Below are positions 26,789-39,830 of a stretch of 64,000 bases of DNA, piece by piece. The DNA is taken from NCBI RefSeq assembly GCF_009914755.1, contig NC_060933.1; one strand, given 5' to 3'. Each line of letters opens with the position of its first letter. Position 1 is the first letter of the stretch. Both the position numbers and the translations under genes were made by a program. Below the pieces are notes generated by a model. That model ran no database searches. It was not told the DNA's origin and worked only from the letters and a program-made list of their open reading frames with translations. The DNA is from the human T2T-CHM13v2.0 reference genome, Homo sapiens.

Positions 26789-27923
26789 CAATTCAGAACA
26801 ATGTGCTCTCCCTCCGTTTTTAGAGACATGTCCCTTACCCCAACCTCCAATGGCCACAGGTACACATGTGAGACAAATGGGAGAGTGGCAACTCCCAACC
26901 CCCTCCCCTCCCGTCTGGGGCACATAGCCCAAGGGCCCCACTTGGCTAGGTGGCCAGCATTTCCTGCTCACTCTTCCCTCTCCCCATGCACCCACAGTGT
27001 CTTTCCTCCCCTGGCTGAGCCAGAAAGGAGGAGACAGCAATTAAAATGTTCTCTCCCTATTGGAGGAACTCATTTGCATAAGAATAAAAGGTTTCTCCTC
27101 CAGGCATCTTCCCCACCCTGCACTTAAGCTGTTTTATTTCATTTTTTTTTCTTTTCTCCACTTTGTAAGGAGTTAACTTTTATGAGAGGTTTTTTGTTGG
27201 TTTTTGTTTTTATTTTTTCTTATTAGGCCAGGACCCCAATTCCCAAGACAGCCTTTTCTCTCCCTTGTTTAAGGAAGACCCAGCTCCAAAGCTTTAGGTT
27301 AGCATGACTCATTGCTGCCGATTAGGCCCCCTTCCATCTCGTGGATAGAGGTCATTCTAGTATCCACGGCATGTATGAAATCTAGAGAACTCAAAAGTTA
27401 TCGACAACAGTGGGACAAGCAGCGCATGGGTAATGGTGGATAACTCGCACCCTGTAAGCCCCCTGTTAACATAGGTGAAAGCTGCACTGACACCCATGGG
27501 TGGTAACCTGCCAAGATCACCAGGACTCAGGGATATAAGAACAGAAGAAAGAAAGAGGACACTTTTCTCCTCTCCCTCATGTACCTCAGGTATTTACTAG
27601 GAAAAAGAAGAAACTAGGGATGCCTTGCTCCCCTCTTCTTAGGTGAGTAACCAATCATCTGCAGCCCATATTTCTCTTGATTGCCTCCTGAATCACTAGG
27701 ACTCTTCTGAAAAAACACCTCCTTTCTCCTTTTTCCTCCTCTGTCCTCTCTTTGTGGGTGGGTCATTGTGTCGCTGTACCACAGGACACTCCCTTTGGAT
27801 GCATCTCTTAAACTGGGAAAAGTTAATTTCTCCAAACCTTAAACTGCTTGGCTCAAAACTGAGCATGAAAAAGGGCAACTCAGAAGCCTGGTACACCAGC
27901 AAAAGGGTTAAAGTTCTTACCAG

Positions 27924-28252
<329 letters not shown>

Positions 28253-29697
28253 TTACCAGTCAGACTTCTGGCCTCCTTCTCCCTGTGCAAACCAGTTGAA
28301 TAAATGATAAAATCCCTGTTTAAATCACTGTTTATATACTCTCTGAAGTTCTGATAAATAGAAAAAAAGGATTTATGAGGCTAGTCTTAAGCTGTAGCCA
28401 ATGTAGTGTGCTTTGTGTGTCTTTCTGTATAGTTCTGTCATAAAGAGGGGTACCTTAGGATAGAATGCAGGCCTAGGACCCCAAAAGTTTGCTGATCAAA
28501 CCAGCCTGGCAAACTGGTCAGTAACAAACCTTGCTGCAGTTCTTCATCTTGTTTTTTGTCCTTAGGAGCTTGACCTTGTAACCACTTGATAATACTTTCT
28601 TTTGGCCTCTGCCATTTTACAATGGTGGCCTGGGTTTAATCCCGGCTTAGGGAATGAGTATATTTTGGCCAATATCTGTGTGACTTTTACCATTTGCTGA
28701 TTCTCTTCCCCTCTATAAACAACTTTAGCTTCCTTTCTTAAATCTTCCTTTGTCTGAACCAACATTAAAGATCTTAGATTCTGTAAAAACTGCTTAGCAC
28801 CTCTTTGAAAATAACTTTTACACTTACAGTTAAGTCATAACCTTAGTTGAGGCTTGTTGGTTTCACCTGTGAGGTTATTTTTAATAAAGTTCAAAAGCCA
28901 GAAATATTGGCTGCTCGGCATGGCTAAAGTTGGGTAATAGATATGAAACGATTTTCTTAGAGCACAGCTGAATTCAAAGTGGATATCCAAGTTATAGGTA
29001 TATTTAAAGGCCTTTAAATTTTTCTCTGCATGGATCTTGTTTTTCTGGAAAAAGGTTCTTTCTCTGTTGAATGATTTTTTTTTTCCCATTTTGTCTTGTC
29101 ATTCAGTGCATACATGAGAGGCTCTAAGATAACTTCTGATAGCCCGGGGCTCCTGGGAAAAAACAAAGAAGGTGCCGCAGACCCCATTTTGGGGAAAAAA
29201 CACCCTCTGTTTTCCTCACGAAACCCCAGGAATTAAAAGTGGATAGATCCTTCTCAAAATCTGTCTCTGTCTTCCAGCTATGCCTGTTTATTAGGCCCTA
29301 GAAACTGTATGCTGTCCTAGACCCTGCTCTTGAAGGGCTTCACCCAGAGGCCAATAATCTATTCAGAAGATTGGCAAATGAAAAATCTTACAAGTACTGA
29401 ATTTGCTTTTGTTCATCTGTGTAATTTTATATTTCTTATGGGCGTGATGTTTATATAAAAAAGCTCTAGGAAAATAAGCACTTAGATCAAATATTTTTTG
29501 AAGAAAAATAAAAGCTGTAATACCTTTTCAGTTCACATGACTATAATCTTTAAGAAATAAAGGCTGTTTTAAAAATAATTGGTAAAATACAAATGTCTTT
29601 AAAATGTAAATATGTGGGCTGAATCATGTAGGTCAAATGCTAGGTTAGCTAAATGCTTCAAAGTTATTAACTGCTTCTTTGGCTTTTAAGAACTATT

Positions 29698-30063
29698 TGA
29701 TGAAGTTTGGCTCTGTGTCTCCACCCAAATCTCATCTTGTAGCTCCCGTAATTTCCATGTGTTGTGGCAGGGACCCAGTGGGAGATGATTGAATCATGAG
29801 GGTGGGTCTTTTTATGCTGTTCGCATGATAGTAATGGGTTTCATGGATCTGATGGTTTTAAAAATGAGAGTTTCTCTGCACAAGCTCTCTTTTTTGGTTT
29901 GCCACCATCCACATAAGATGTCACTTGCTCCCCCTTACCTTCTGCCATGATTGTGAGGCCTCCTCAGCCATGTGGAACTGTAAGTCCAATTAAACCTCTT
30001 TCTTTTGTAAATTGCCCAGTCTCAAGATTGTCTTTATCTGCAGCATGAAAATTGACTAATACA
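29698..30063 (+). mobile_element. THE1A/B solo LTR inserted in the ERV interior
   Basis: TGATGAAGTTTGGCTCTGTGTCTCCACCCAAATCTCATCTTG ... GACTAATACA. Perfect 5-bp TSD CTATT at 29693-29697 and 30064-30068. Confidence 0.95.
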
Positions 30064-32925
30064 CTATTCAATTTGCCTGCTTCACAATTAATAAGTCCAG
30101 GGACATATGGAATTAACCACACCCTTAATTATGCAGGAAGGAATCAGACTTTATTTATGCCTACTACATAATTAAAGCAACTTGCCAGGTTTTACATTAA
30201 AGTTAAAAATTGCTAGGAGTTACCATAATAATCTGTAATCGAGACAATGAAAATAGATTTACATATAAGGTAAGTAAGGGAAGTAAAATATGTTTTTAGT
30301 AAAAGATTATAAGAATGCATGAAAATGTAAATTTTTGCCTTGGGTTAAAGGATTGTTTTGAATTAGATAAGATAAAGCTGAAGGTTTAAACAAATGGTGA
30401 AAAGTTTGTAAAACTTAATCTTGCAAAAGAAATTGTGTGAACATATTGGCTAATTTCAAAAAAGTATTTTGTTTTTGTAAATTGAGCATTGAAATAAAAG
30501 CACAACAAGGTTTTCTAAAGGCGCTGACCTGCTCTTTAACAACAATTTGTAAAGGGTTATAAAAGTTTAAAAAAATCTCACCTCATGGTCAAACTAGATA
30601 AGATTAGATATAATTATCTATAAGTTTTCATTAAAAAAATTAGGGTTGACATCAACAGTAGACTAATGCAAGGATGAAATTAGGCTTTCACTTGAACAGC
30701 ATTTCCCTGTAAAATTAACGACAGATTGTTTGGAAAGCTAAATTTTCCCTCTTCCTGTGAATATGCTTTTGCGTTGTTTTAAAATGTTTGAGTCATCATT
30801 TTGGCTAAAATAAATGACATGTGGTAACTTGGAATTCTATTTTATAGTATCAAGTGCTTTGAACCTCTAACGTAATTAACAGTCTTCCCAAAATCAAACT
30901 TCAGTTTTAAAATTGTCTTTCCTGGTCCCTGGAACATCCAAAACAGAAGAAAACTGGGTTTTTTGAAATGTTTAGTTATATGGTATTTCCAAAGTTGTAT
31001 TTAATCTGCTTTAGGTTATATTTTAGTGAATAATATTAATATGTTTCAAAATTATATGAGATTTCTAAAATTCTAATGTCTGAGTATATGCTATCAATCA
31101 TAATTAAGGTTATTATGTTTAGTTATTGTAAACCCTAGAAATAACTAAATTTCTTTGTCAATTGTATTCTTGACAGTAACTACCCTGGACATTTCATCAT
31201 TCACAGACAAATGTCTTGTTTTGATCCTACTCAAAAGATGATTTATAATCAGCTATAGGATTTTGACAAGTGTTCTCAAATGCAAGATTCCATTAACTCT
31301 GGAGATTATGACATTGAAAAAAATACAGTACTCATGAAGAACTGAAATGTTCATGAATATCAAGCAGAACAAGAGAACAGAATGGATTGAACTAATAGAA
31401 AACAAGTATTATTTTTAACCTTTTTGCTTAAAACTTTGGTGATCCTTGCTTTGTTTTTCTGAGTCAAGGATACTTATTTTGACCTATTTAAAACCTTTAA
31501 TAATTGAGTAAACTATACGCCTGTGAACAAAATTTGAAGGATGTTTGTTTCTCTCTGCCTGGCTTTGCCAGAATTTGGAAACTATTTGTGAGAATATTTA
31601 ATTTATGGCAATTCAGTTATTTTCATCAGTGCAATAAGAATACATTTTCTTTTGCAACAGGACACAATTGAAGAAACTGGGGGTTTTACCAAGGCTTTTA
31701 CTGGAAGGGTATATGTTCCTTTAAGTCATTAAGCTGGACTTGCCAATAAAAGTCCCTTGGGAAAACTGGCTACATACCTTGTCAACACAGTCCTTGTACA
31801 AGGTTCCTAACCCATGGGGAGTAAAGCATGTCACTTTTTAACAGGCTTAGGAGCCTGTTAAAAAGCTTGTTCTTGGGACATCAAGAAGAGAATGATTTAC
31901 CAAACTTGTAGATATTTGAGGGTGGAAACCCTTGGCTGGGCTTGGCCTTAAAAGGTCTTAACTGAGATGCCTTATGGAACAGAGTTCCATCAAAGCCAAT
32001 TTAAAAGCCTATGGGAAAAATAATTATTCTTTTTGCACTTTATGCAAATAAGACAAGTATAAGGCTAAAGTTTATTTTTTCAAACAACTGAGTCCTATCA
32101 TGATTTGTTTTTGACAAAAATGAGGACTGGAGAGAGAGAAATTATGTTTCAAAACGTATTCTACATTTGTCATTACATTATAATCCCATTAGTTGTTTTT
32201 AAGTTTTTGCCTACATTTTAGACTACCCTGCTTGTTCCTGTGGACCAACCAGCAATGTACGGCTGCAGCTCAAAAGAACCAAAGGGACGAGTAATATAAA
32301 AAATCTGGATCAATATTTTAATTCTGAACAATTATCCTGCAAATCCTTCCAGGTGATCGGAGTAAATAGGTGCCCATAACCCAGAGATTTCTTTGTTTGG
32401 GAAAATAAGACCAAGGGAGCTAATCAAAGCCAAGCCCCATGAATACAAACCTTAGCAGGCATAACTATAGCCACGAGTTATCTGGCTGTATTGGCAGCCT
32501 TGAGATTTTGTTTTGTTTTGTTTTGTTTTGAGCTGTCCTTATCCCTTTGTTTCATTTTGAATATGTCTTCTAATAACCCTAATTGTTTCTTCTCACTTAA
32601 AGGCCGTTCAACATCAAATGGTGATGCAAACAGAACCACTCATGAACACACCGTTCTCTTTGGGGACCCTTAAACTGACCTCAGGAGGAGCCTTAACTGC
32701 CACTTTCCCAAAACAGCACCCCTTGTCAGCAGGAAGCAGTTAAGAGCAGTCGTTGTACACTTTCCCCAACAGAATTTGGGGTCTCCACTCCTGAAGGGAG
32801 GAATGAAAGGAGTCAGCCAACTTGCTTTAGGGAGACAGTCAGGAAAGGGTCCCCTGGAGAACCTCTTACCCACCCCCCAGGTGTTTATACCAAATATTTT
32901 GTGCGGATAAGCGTACTTGCTAAGG

Positions 32926-32945
32926 GAGCTTGCCTAAACATGCCC
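32926..32945. promoter_or_regulatory. Perfect p53 response element (GAGCTTGCCT AAACATGCCC) in the 3' LTR
   Basis: 20/20 match to RRRCWWGYYY x2 with no spacer. Confidence 0.75.
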
Positions 32946-33122
32946 ATAGTGGAAAATTTCGTTCCTTAACATATGTGCATTAAAGGAAATAAATCAATAT
33001 GGAGAGGCACAGACTAAGGGCCCACATAACTCACTGGAAAGGTGGAGTGGAGCAACCAGGAATTCATGTCTCATACAACCAGGAATTCACAGCCCTATCA
33101 GCTTGTATAAAAATGTCCTTGT

Positions 33123-33430
<308 letters not shown>

Positions 33431-33822
33431 TTAAGGGGGCAACCAAGAACTTGACGTCAGGACCCCTCTCTTTGCTGAGAGCTTTCCTTTCACTAAATAA
33501 ATTCTACTACACTTACTCTTTGAGCGTCCATGTGCCTACTTCTTCAGAACTTAGGCCTAGCTGGGCTAAGGAGCAAAAAACCCTGCATCGTATCTCAAAC
33601 TCAACCTTTAAGTTTTTGTCCTACTAGTCTCCTTCACATTTTGCAATACATTAAAATTGCTTCAAGGTTTTTTCAAAATGTGTTTTTGGTAATTCTGCTA
33701 ATTTATGCTGTTTAAAACATCCTGGCTGAATGATTTCAAATACATTTTATAACATCTATTTCCATTTTTTTTTCACTCAGTACATATGAATCCACTGTTT
33801 AATCCAAATTTAAAGTAACAAT

Positions 33823-34275
33823 CATTAAAGTAAATTAAAATGGAGTCCAGGCCTGAAGAATTTCTGAGCAGACAAAACCAGTTAGGCATCATAAGTGATC
33901 TAAACCTTGTTTGATCTACAGATATAAGGGAAACTTGAGCTATTCTTATCAATTTCTATATTAAAGAAAAACAGAACTTAAGTTCAACCAATCAGAAGTA
34001 GCCAACACACATAATCATACAACTGAAGACTTTCCAGTGGGATAGACCTAATAACGTACAACTTTGGTACCAAATAAGGTACAAATAACTGTACAACTAT
34101 AAATAGTCAAATATTATCTTTAGTTTTCTTCTGTGCCTGTCCTCTAAAAGCCTCCCCCTGTGATCCCTCAGTGGTGCTCTTAAGCCACTTTTATGGTTTG
34201 GAGCTGCCTGAGTCATAAATCATTGTGTAAATAACATATTTAAAATTTTATTGTGTCTTAGTTTATCTTTTAACA
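33823..34275 (+). mobile_element. Solo ERV1 LTR, MER67-like
   Basis: TTAAAGTAAATTAAAATGGAGTCCAGGCCTGAAGAATTTCTGAGCAGACAAAACCAGTTAGGC ... GTTTATCTTTTAACA. Confidence 0.75.
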
Positions 34276-35174
34276 CAGTGGTCCTCAACCCTTGGTTATG
34301 AGCTATGGCTTGTTAGGAATCAGATCATACAGCAGGAGGTGAGCGGCAGGTGAGTGAGCATTACCACCTGAGCTCTGCCTCCTGTCGAATCAGCTACAGC
34401 ATTAGATTCTTATAGGAATGTGAACCCTATTATGAACTGAGCATGCAAGGGATCTAGGTTGTGCATACCTCATGAGAATCTAATGCCCGATGATCTGAGG
34501 TGGAACAGTTTCATGCCTGTATTAGTCAGGGTTCTCCAGAGGGACAGAACTTATAAGATATATGTATATATGAAAAGGAGTTTATTAATGAGAATTGACT
34601 ATATGATCACAAGGTGAAGTCCCATGATAGGCTGTCTGCAAGCTGAGGGGCAAGGAAGCCAACAAAGGCTTAGTTCAGCTACAAAAGCCTCAAAAGTAGG
34701 AAAGCTGGCAGTGCAACATTTAGTCTGTGGCCAAGGGCCTGAAAGCCCCTGGAAAACCACTGCTGTAAGTTCAAGTGTTCAAAGCCTAAAGAACCTGGAA
34801 TCTGATGTCCAAGGGCAGGAAGCATCCAGCACAGCGCAATGATGAAAGCCAGAAGACTCATTAAGTCAGCTTATCCCACCTTCTTCCACCAGCTTTGTTC
34901 TAGCCAAGCTGACAGTCAATTGGATGGTGTCCACCCACATTGAAGATCGGTCTTCCTCTCCCAGTCTGACTCAAATGTTAATCTCCTCCAGCAACACCCT
35001 CACTGACACACCCAGAAACTATTCTTTACCAATTATCTAGGCATCCTTCAATCCAATTAAGTTGACACCTATTATTAACCATTACAATCCTGAAACCATC
35101 CTCTGCTCCCCTGTCCGTGGAAATATTGTCTTCCACAAAACCAGTCCCTGGTGCCACAAAGGTTGGGGACTACA
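34276..35174 (+). mobile_element. MER1B hAT-Charlie DNA transposon, split by MLT2A
   Basis: CAGTGGTCCTCAACCC...CAGCAGGAGGTGAGCGGCAGG...TGATCTGAGGTGGAACAGTTTCAT | ATCCTGAAACCATC...CCAGTCCCTGGTGCCACAAAGGTTGGGGAC. Confidence 0.9.
34518..35086 (-). mobile_element. MLT2A2-like ERVL solo LTR
   Basis: TGTATTAGTCAGGGTTCTCCAGAGGGACAGAAC ... CAATCCAATTAAGTTGACACCTATTATTAACCATTACA. 5-bp TSD ATGCC/ATCCT, each one change from the MER1B sequence ATCCC. Confidence 0.92.
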
Positions 35175-36869
35175 TAGAACTCAATGAAATGAGAAGTAGT
35201 TTCTGATTCAACTAATGTCTGTTAAGTGATTCTCTCTATAGATCCAAGTATTATGAGCAACCTCACACAATCACATTCATGAGATTTCTATTACTCTGTG
35301 TGTTGGACTTCAAGGAAGGAATGGAATGCCATCATTAGGCACCAAATACTTCCACTATTGATTAGCATTGAGATTTTTAGTAAATATTTAGGAGTACTGG
35401 GGGATGAAGGAGAGACAACACTATTTATTCTTGTACTAGAATACTCATTTCTAATGCCTATAATTAAATCAATAGGAAAGTTATTGAGAAAATCTGGGCA
35501 TTTTGAGATAGTTGAAGAGTAAGTATTCCATATGTATGTCAGTTGAAAATTATTTTTGCTATTTGCTTTTGAAAGAATATAACAATGTTAGCAAATGAAC
35601 AAGGTAATTCCTGGCTGAATTATATAATTATTTACAGTACTCCCAAAGATATTAATCTATTACCATTATATGTAATTCATGGGGAATGATATTAAACAAT
35701 AGATAAAATATCAAGTTAATGTGTTTCAGGACATCACTCACAGCATAATGAAAAACTGACTTACTTCTGTATTTCAATAGCTTCAATACTCATTCAACAT
35801 TACTGTGCATTACAAATCTATTGGTAAATTGCTTGCAAAAATAAGACTGAAAACAATTTTAAATTAAGTGTACAAATTTTTCTCTTTTTCTTTTGAAATA
35901 ATTAATATTTTATTTTATTACTATAGTTTCCTTTAACTCTATAATTTGAACTGAGATGTTTGGAGAAAAAGTATTTTTAAAAGAATTTATAACAATAAGA
36001 ATAACTGTTAGAATGCCAGTCCTATCAAGAAATGTTAGAAATATATAAGCAAAACTCAAAAGTAAATATCACTGTCTGTCTAACCATATTCCATGCATAG
36101 CTTCTACTACTGTTCCCCAGAATTGTCTGTTTTATCATTTCTCTTGACTTTTGATACATTTATTCATATATCCTCCATCCTCACTTAGTCCCTACTGTTT
36201 GTACTTCGGCATCATATCAACCCTATCTTGCCACTTAAAAGACAAAGTAATACTACTTTTTCAGTTTTTTTTCATTTAATGTAAGAAGTTATCATTTCCC
36301 CAATAGTGAAATGATGCAAAATGATTATTTGATGTATTGTCCAAATGGGTTCAGGTTTGTGACAGTCTCAAACACATCAGGGAGTAGGGACACCCTTCAG
36401 TTAAAGCACAAAGTTGTATTTTAATCTGTATTTTATTTTTAAAAAAGATTTTTTCTCAATATCACATAAACATCAAGCTCTTTATTTTACCTCTCTATTT
36501 ACTTATTTACACGATTTAAGATTGAACATTTTTCATTATCAAAATTATTTTCAAAATATGTGTAAAATTGTTGAAATCTTAATTTTTCCAAAATGACAGC
36601 TGACTCCTCTTAAAGGTAATGGGAATCTTAGAATGTTATTTGCAAGTCAGTCTACAGCATTCTTTTCATATATAAAATGTTGTGTACTAATTTTTGAAAT
36701 ATTTGTAAATTAAATAGGTCATTTTTCTTTCAGGAGAAAGGAGACTTTGAGAGATTTTTGTGCAGGAGAAGAGTAGTTTTAAAAATAGGTAGTTTGCAAT
36801 AGGGCAGACTAGTTTTAAAACTCTAAAATGAGAGCAAGTCAATAAGAGTCTCGATTAAATCTAGTGATC

Positions 36870-37507
36870 TTATTATTTATTTATTAATTGACATGTAATA
36901 ATTGTACATATTCATGGGGTATAATTTCATACCTGGATACCTATCCATGTTGTATAATGATCCATTCAGAGTGAATCTATTATCTTACATATTTATCATT
37001 TCTTTGTGGTGAGAACATTCGAAGACAACTCTTCAAGCTATTTTGTAATATACGATATTTCACTGTTAACCATACTTACTCTACGTGCAACAGAACACCA
37101 GAATTTTTTGCTCTTATCTAGTTGTAATTTTATACCACCAATCAAAGTTTCCTCATCCTTCTTTTCGTCCTCCTGTCTTTAGTCTCTGGTAACATTTTTC
37201 TACTCTCTGCTTCTATGCTATTAACTTTTTTAAATGTTTGTATTTTCTTTTTTTTTTAGACTCCACTTATGAGTGAGATCATGCTGTACTTGTCTGTCTG
37301 TGTCTGGCTTATTTCACTTACCATGATGTCCTCTAGATTCATCCATATTGTCATAAATGGCAAGATTTTATTTTTTATGGCTAAAGAGTACTTCATTGTA
37401 TACAGATAGTGCATTTTCTTTTTGCATTCATCTGTTGCCAGACACTTAGGCTTATTCTGTATCTTGGCTATCATACATAGTGCTGCAATAAAAATGACTA
37501 GGTGCAT
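36870..37507 (-). mobile_element. L1MA-type 3' end fragment
   Basis: ORF 37256-37507 (-) is the L1 ORF2 C-terminus (FIAAL..IAKI.N.PKC...DE..KKM..LYTM.Y..AIK). L1MA 3' UTR (ATTTATCATTTCTTTGTGGTGAGAACATTC). Confidence 0.85.
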
Positions 37508-38075
37508 TGCAATTAGCTTTAAAAAGATGGAACGGCATTGTAAGGACAGACCATGAATCTAAGCCCTTAGGTTGAATACTTAGGTTGAATAAAATTGTTG
37601 GAAGAAGTGGCTATTTGATGTATGTAATGAAAGGGATTCTTACTTGGCAGGTATTATTAGGAGAAAAAAAAAGAGAGAGAAAGTTGAAGGAGAGGGGAAA
37701 ACTGCCACAGCAGGTTAAGCAACTTGCTTTAAAATAATTGGGATTAGTAAGTGTGCAAAGATAGAACTGGTGATGAAAGAGTGAGACTGGAATTAGGAAT
37801 TAATTTGTAATACTAATGTTGCAGGTTGGGTCCTGGTTATGAGATTAAGTGGATGCTCATTCTTTGGAGCTATAACTGACCAGTGCCACATTAACAGATT
37901 TGGAAAATATGAGATTAACTATGAAGGTACAGAAAATAAAGGTATTAAAATTCTTTCTATATTTTAGATCTAATTGTTAATAATATAGTATATACACATC
38001 CATACTATATTATATATGTATATTACATATATAATAACATATATATGTGAAAAGCTATGGTAAATAGAAAACATT

Positions 38076-38380
38076 AGCTGGGCATGGTGGCTTATGCCTA
38101 TAATCCCAGCACTTTGGGAGGTGGAGGCAGGAGGATACTTGAGCCCAGGGATCTGAGACTAGCCTGGGTAATATGGCAAGACCATGTCTCTACAAAAAGT
38201 AAAGAAAAGTAGCTGGGCCTGGTGGCACACACCTGTCATCAAAGCTACTCTGGAGGCTGAAGTGTGAGGATCACTTGAATTCAAGAGGTCAAGGCTGTAG
38301 TGAGCTGTGTTCCAGCCACTGCACTCCAGCCTGGGTGAGAGCACAAGACCCTGTCTAAAAAAAAGCAAAAGAAAAAAGAA
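38076..38380 (+). mobile_element. AluJ
   Basis: Dimeric Alu with J-type GGAGGATACTTGAGCCCAGG and GTCAAGGCTGTAGTGAGCTGTG. Flanked by GAAAACATTA / GAAACATTA TSD-like sequences. Confidence 0.93.
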
Positions 38381-38884
38381 ACATTATTGAGGAGAAGAGA
38401 TAAATAGAGTCTTAGAAATTTGAATTGATACATGAGTAAAGAATGACCCAATTATTTTATATCGGGAATGGGAAAATAAATTTTATTCAAGTCCACAAAA
38501 TAGTTTTTAAAGCATAGACAATATAATACAGGGGTTGGGGGCGTGGTTACAACAATGTTAGAAACACTGAAAGAGCAAAAGAGGCCTGCTACTCCAGATG
38601 ATGACCAAATGAAGGAAGCCACTTCCATCCTTAACTGTGAAAAATGAGTAGGAGAAGGTGGTGCATTCTGGGTCCCATGATTCCAGACTGACCATTGGCC
38701 CTATTTGAGCGCAGCTGCCGTTAGGCAGAAACTCTGGACTCCAAACTCTCAGTAAAACTTCTGAAGACACTGCTGTTGCTATTGCAGCTGTCAGCACCAT
38801 TGATTCAGCTGAGAAGCAGCACAGAATATCACACTGACACCCACGCTGTTGGTTGTGTTTTTTTGAACCAGATTGAAATTAATA

Positions 38885-39142
38885 TCTATTGTATGGTTCA
38901 ATTTCTATGAAGTTCAATGTCAAGCAAATGTAATTTATAAAGATAAAAGTAAGAACAGTGGTTGCCTATAGTAATGATTGGAGGTTCACAATAGAGACTC
39001 CTGGATTCTAGTAATACTCAATTCATATTCATGTAGGTTGTGATGACATTAGTATTTTACGTTCTAAAAATGTTTAATGCTATATGCTCAAGATCTGTGT
39101 CTTTCACATGTGCATATCATATTTCATATTTCAATTAATAAA
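38885..39142 (+). mobile_element. L1ME-type 3' end fragment
   Basis: TATTGTATGGTTCAATTTCTATGAAGTTC...AAGTAAGAACAGTGGTTGCCT...AAGATCTGTGTCTTTCAC. Confidence 0.65.
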
Positions 39143-39679
39143 TCAGTAATAAAAGTTCCAGTTCAGGATACAATACTGTAGAACAATCCAAAATATTAAT
39201 TTATTCCTAAAGTTTTAAAAATATTAGAATAAATACGGAGCATTTTGTTAAAACAGTATGGTAAACCTAAATGTAAAAAAAAATTAAATTGAGTTAGGAA
39301 TTTCAAAAAGACATTTCATGTGCCTTTTCAACTTTCAATTTCATATGAAAGTTGAAAAAACTTGAAATCAGTTAAGTGTGCATGTGTATGTAAAACAAAA
39401 TTACTGCATATAAAAACTTTTTTGAGGCATCTAGAAAATATTTAGCAGTGTGCCATAGTTTAGAGGCATTTGAAAATGCTTTTTAGTGGTACATAAAAAA
39501 TTAATTAATGACAGAGTCTATGAAAAACAAGTAGAGCAGCTTGAAATAATTCACATATTTTTCATGTAAAAGTTTTAGGAGAAGTCCAGTGATGTCACGA
39601 TAGCTCTACGATGTTGATTTATTTTGTCGCTTTTATATGCTTATTTTATATACAAAATAGCTGAAAACAGCTATGAATT

Positions 39680-39830
39680 CTAAAGCATGGTAACAGGGGT
39701 AAAAGGTCACACACATTTCTTTTAGATGCTGCAAATATTGCTTCTGTTCACACGTTATCGTCCAAAAATTAGTTACATTGACTCATCAAAGTGCAAAGAG
39801 GCTGGTAAATGTACTTTAATTTGCTAAATG
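39680..39830 (-). mobile_element. Old MLT1 LTR fragment
   Basis: CTTCTGTTCACAC...AGTTACATTGAC...GTGCAAAGAGGCTGGTAAATGTA. Confidence 0.45.
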
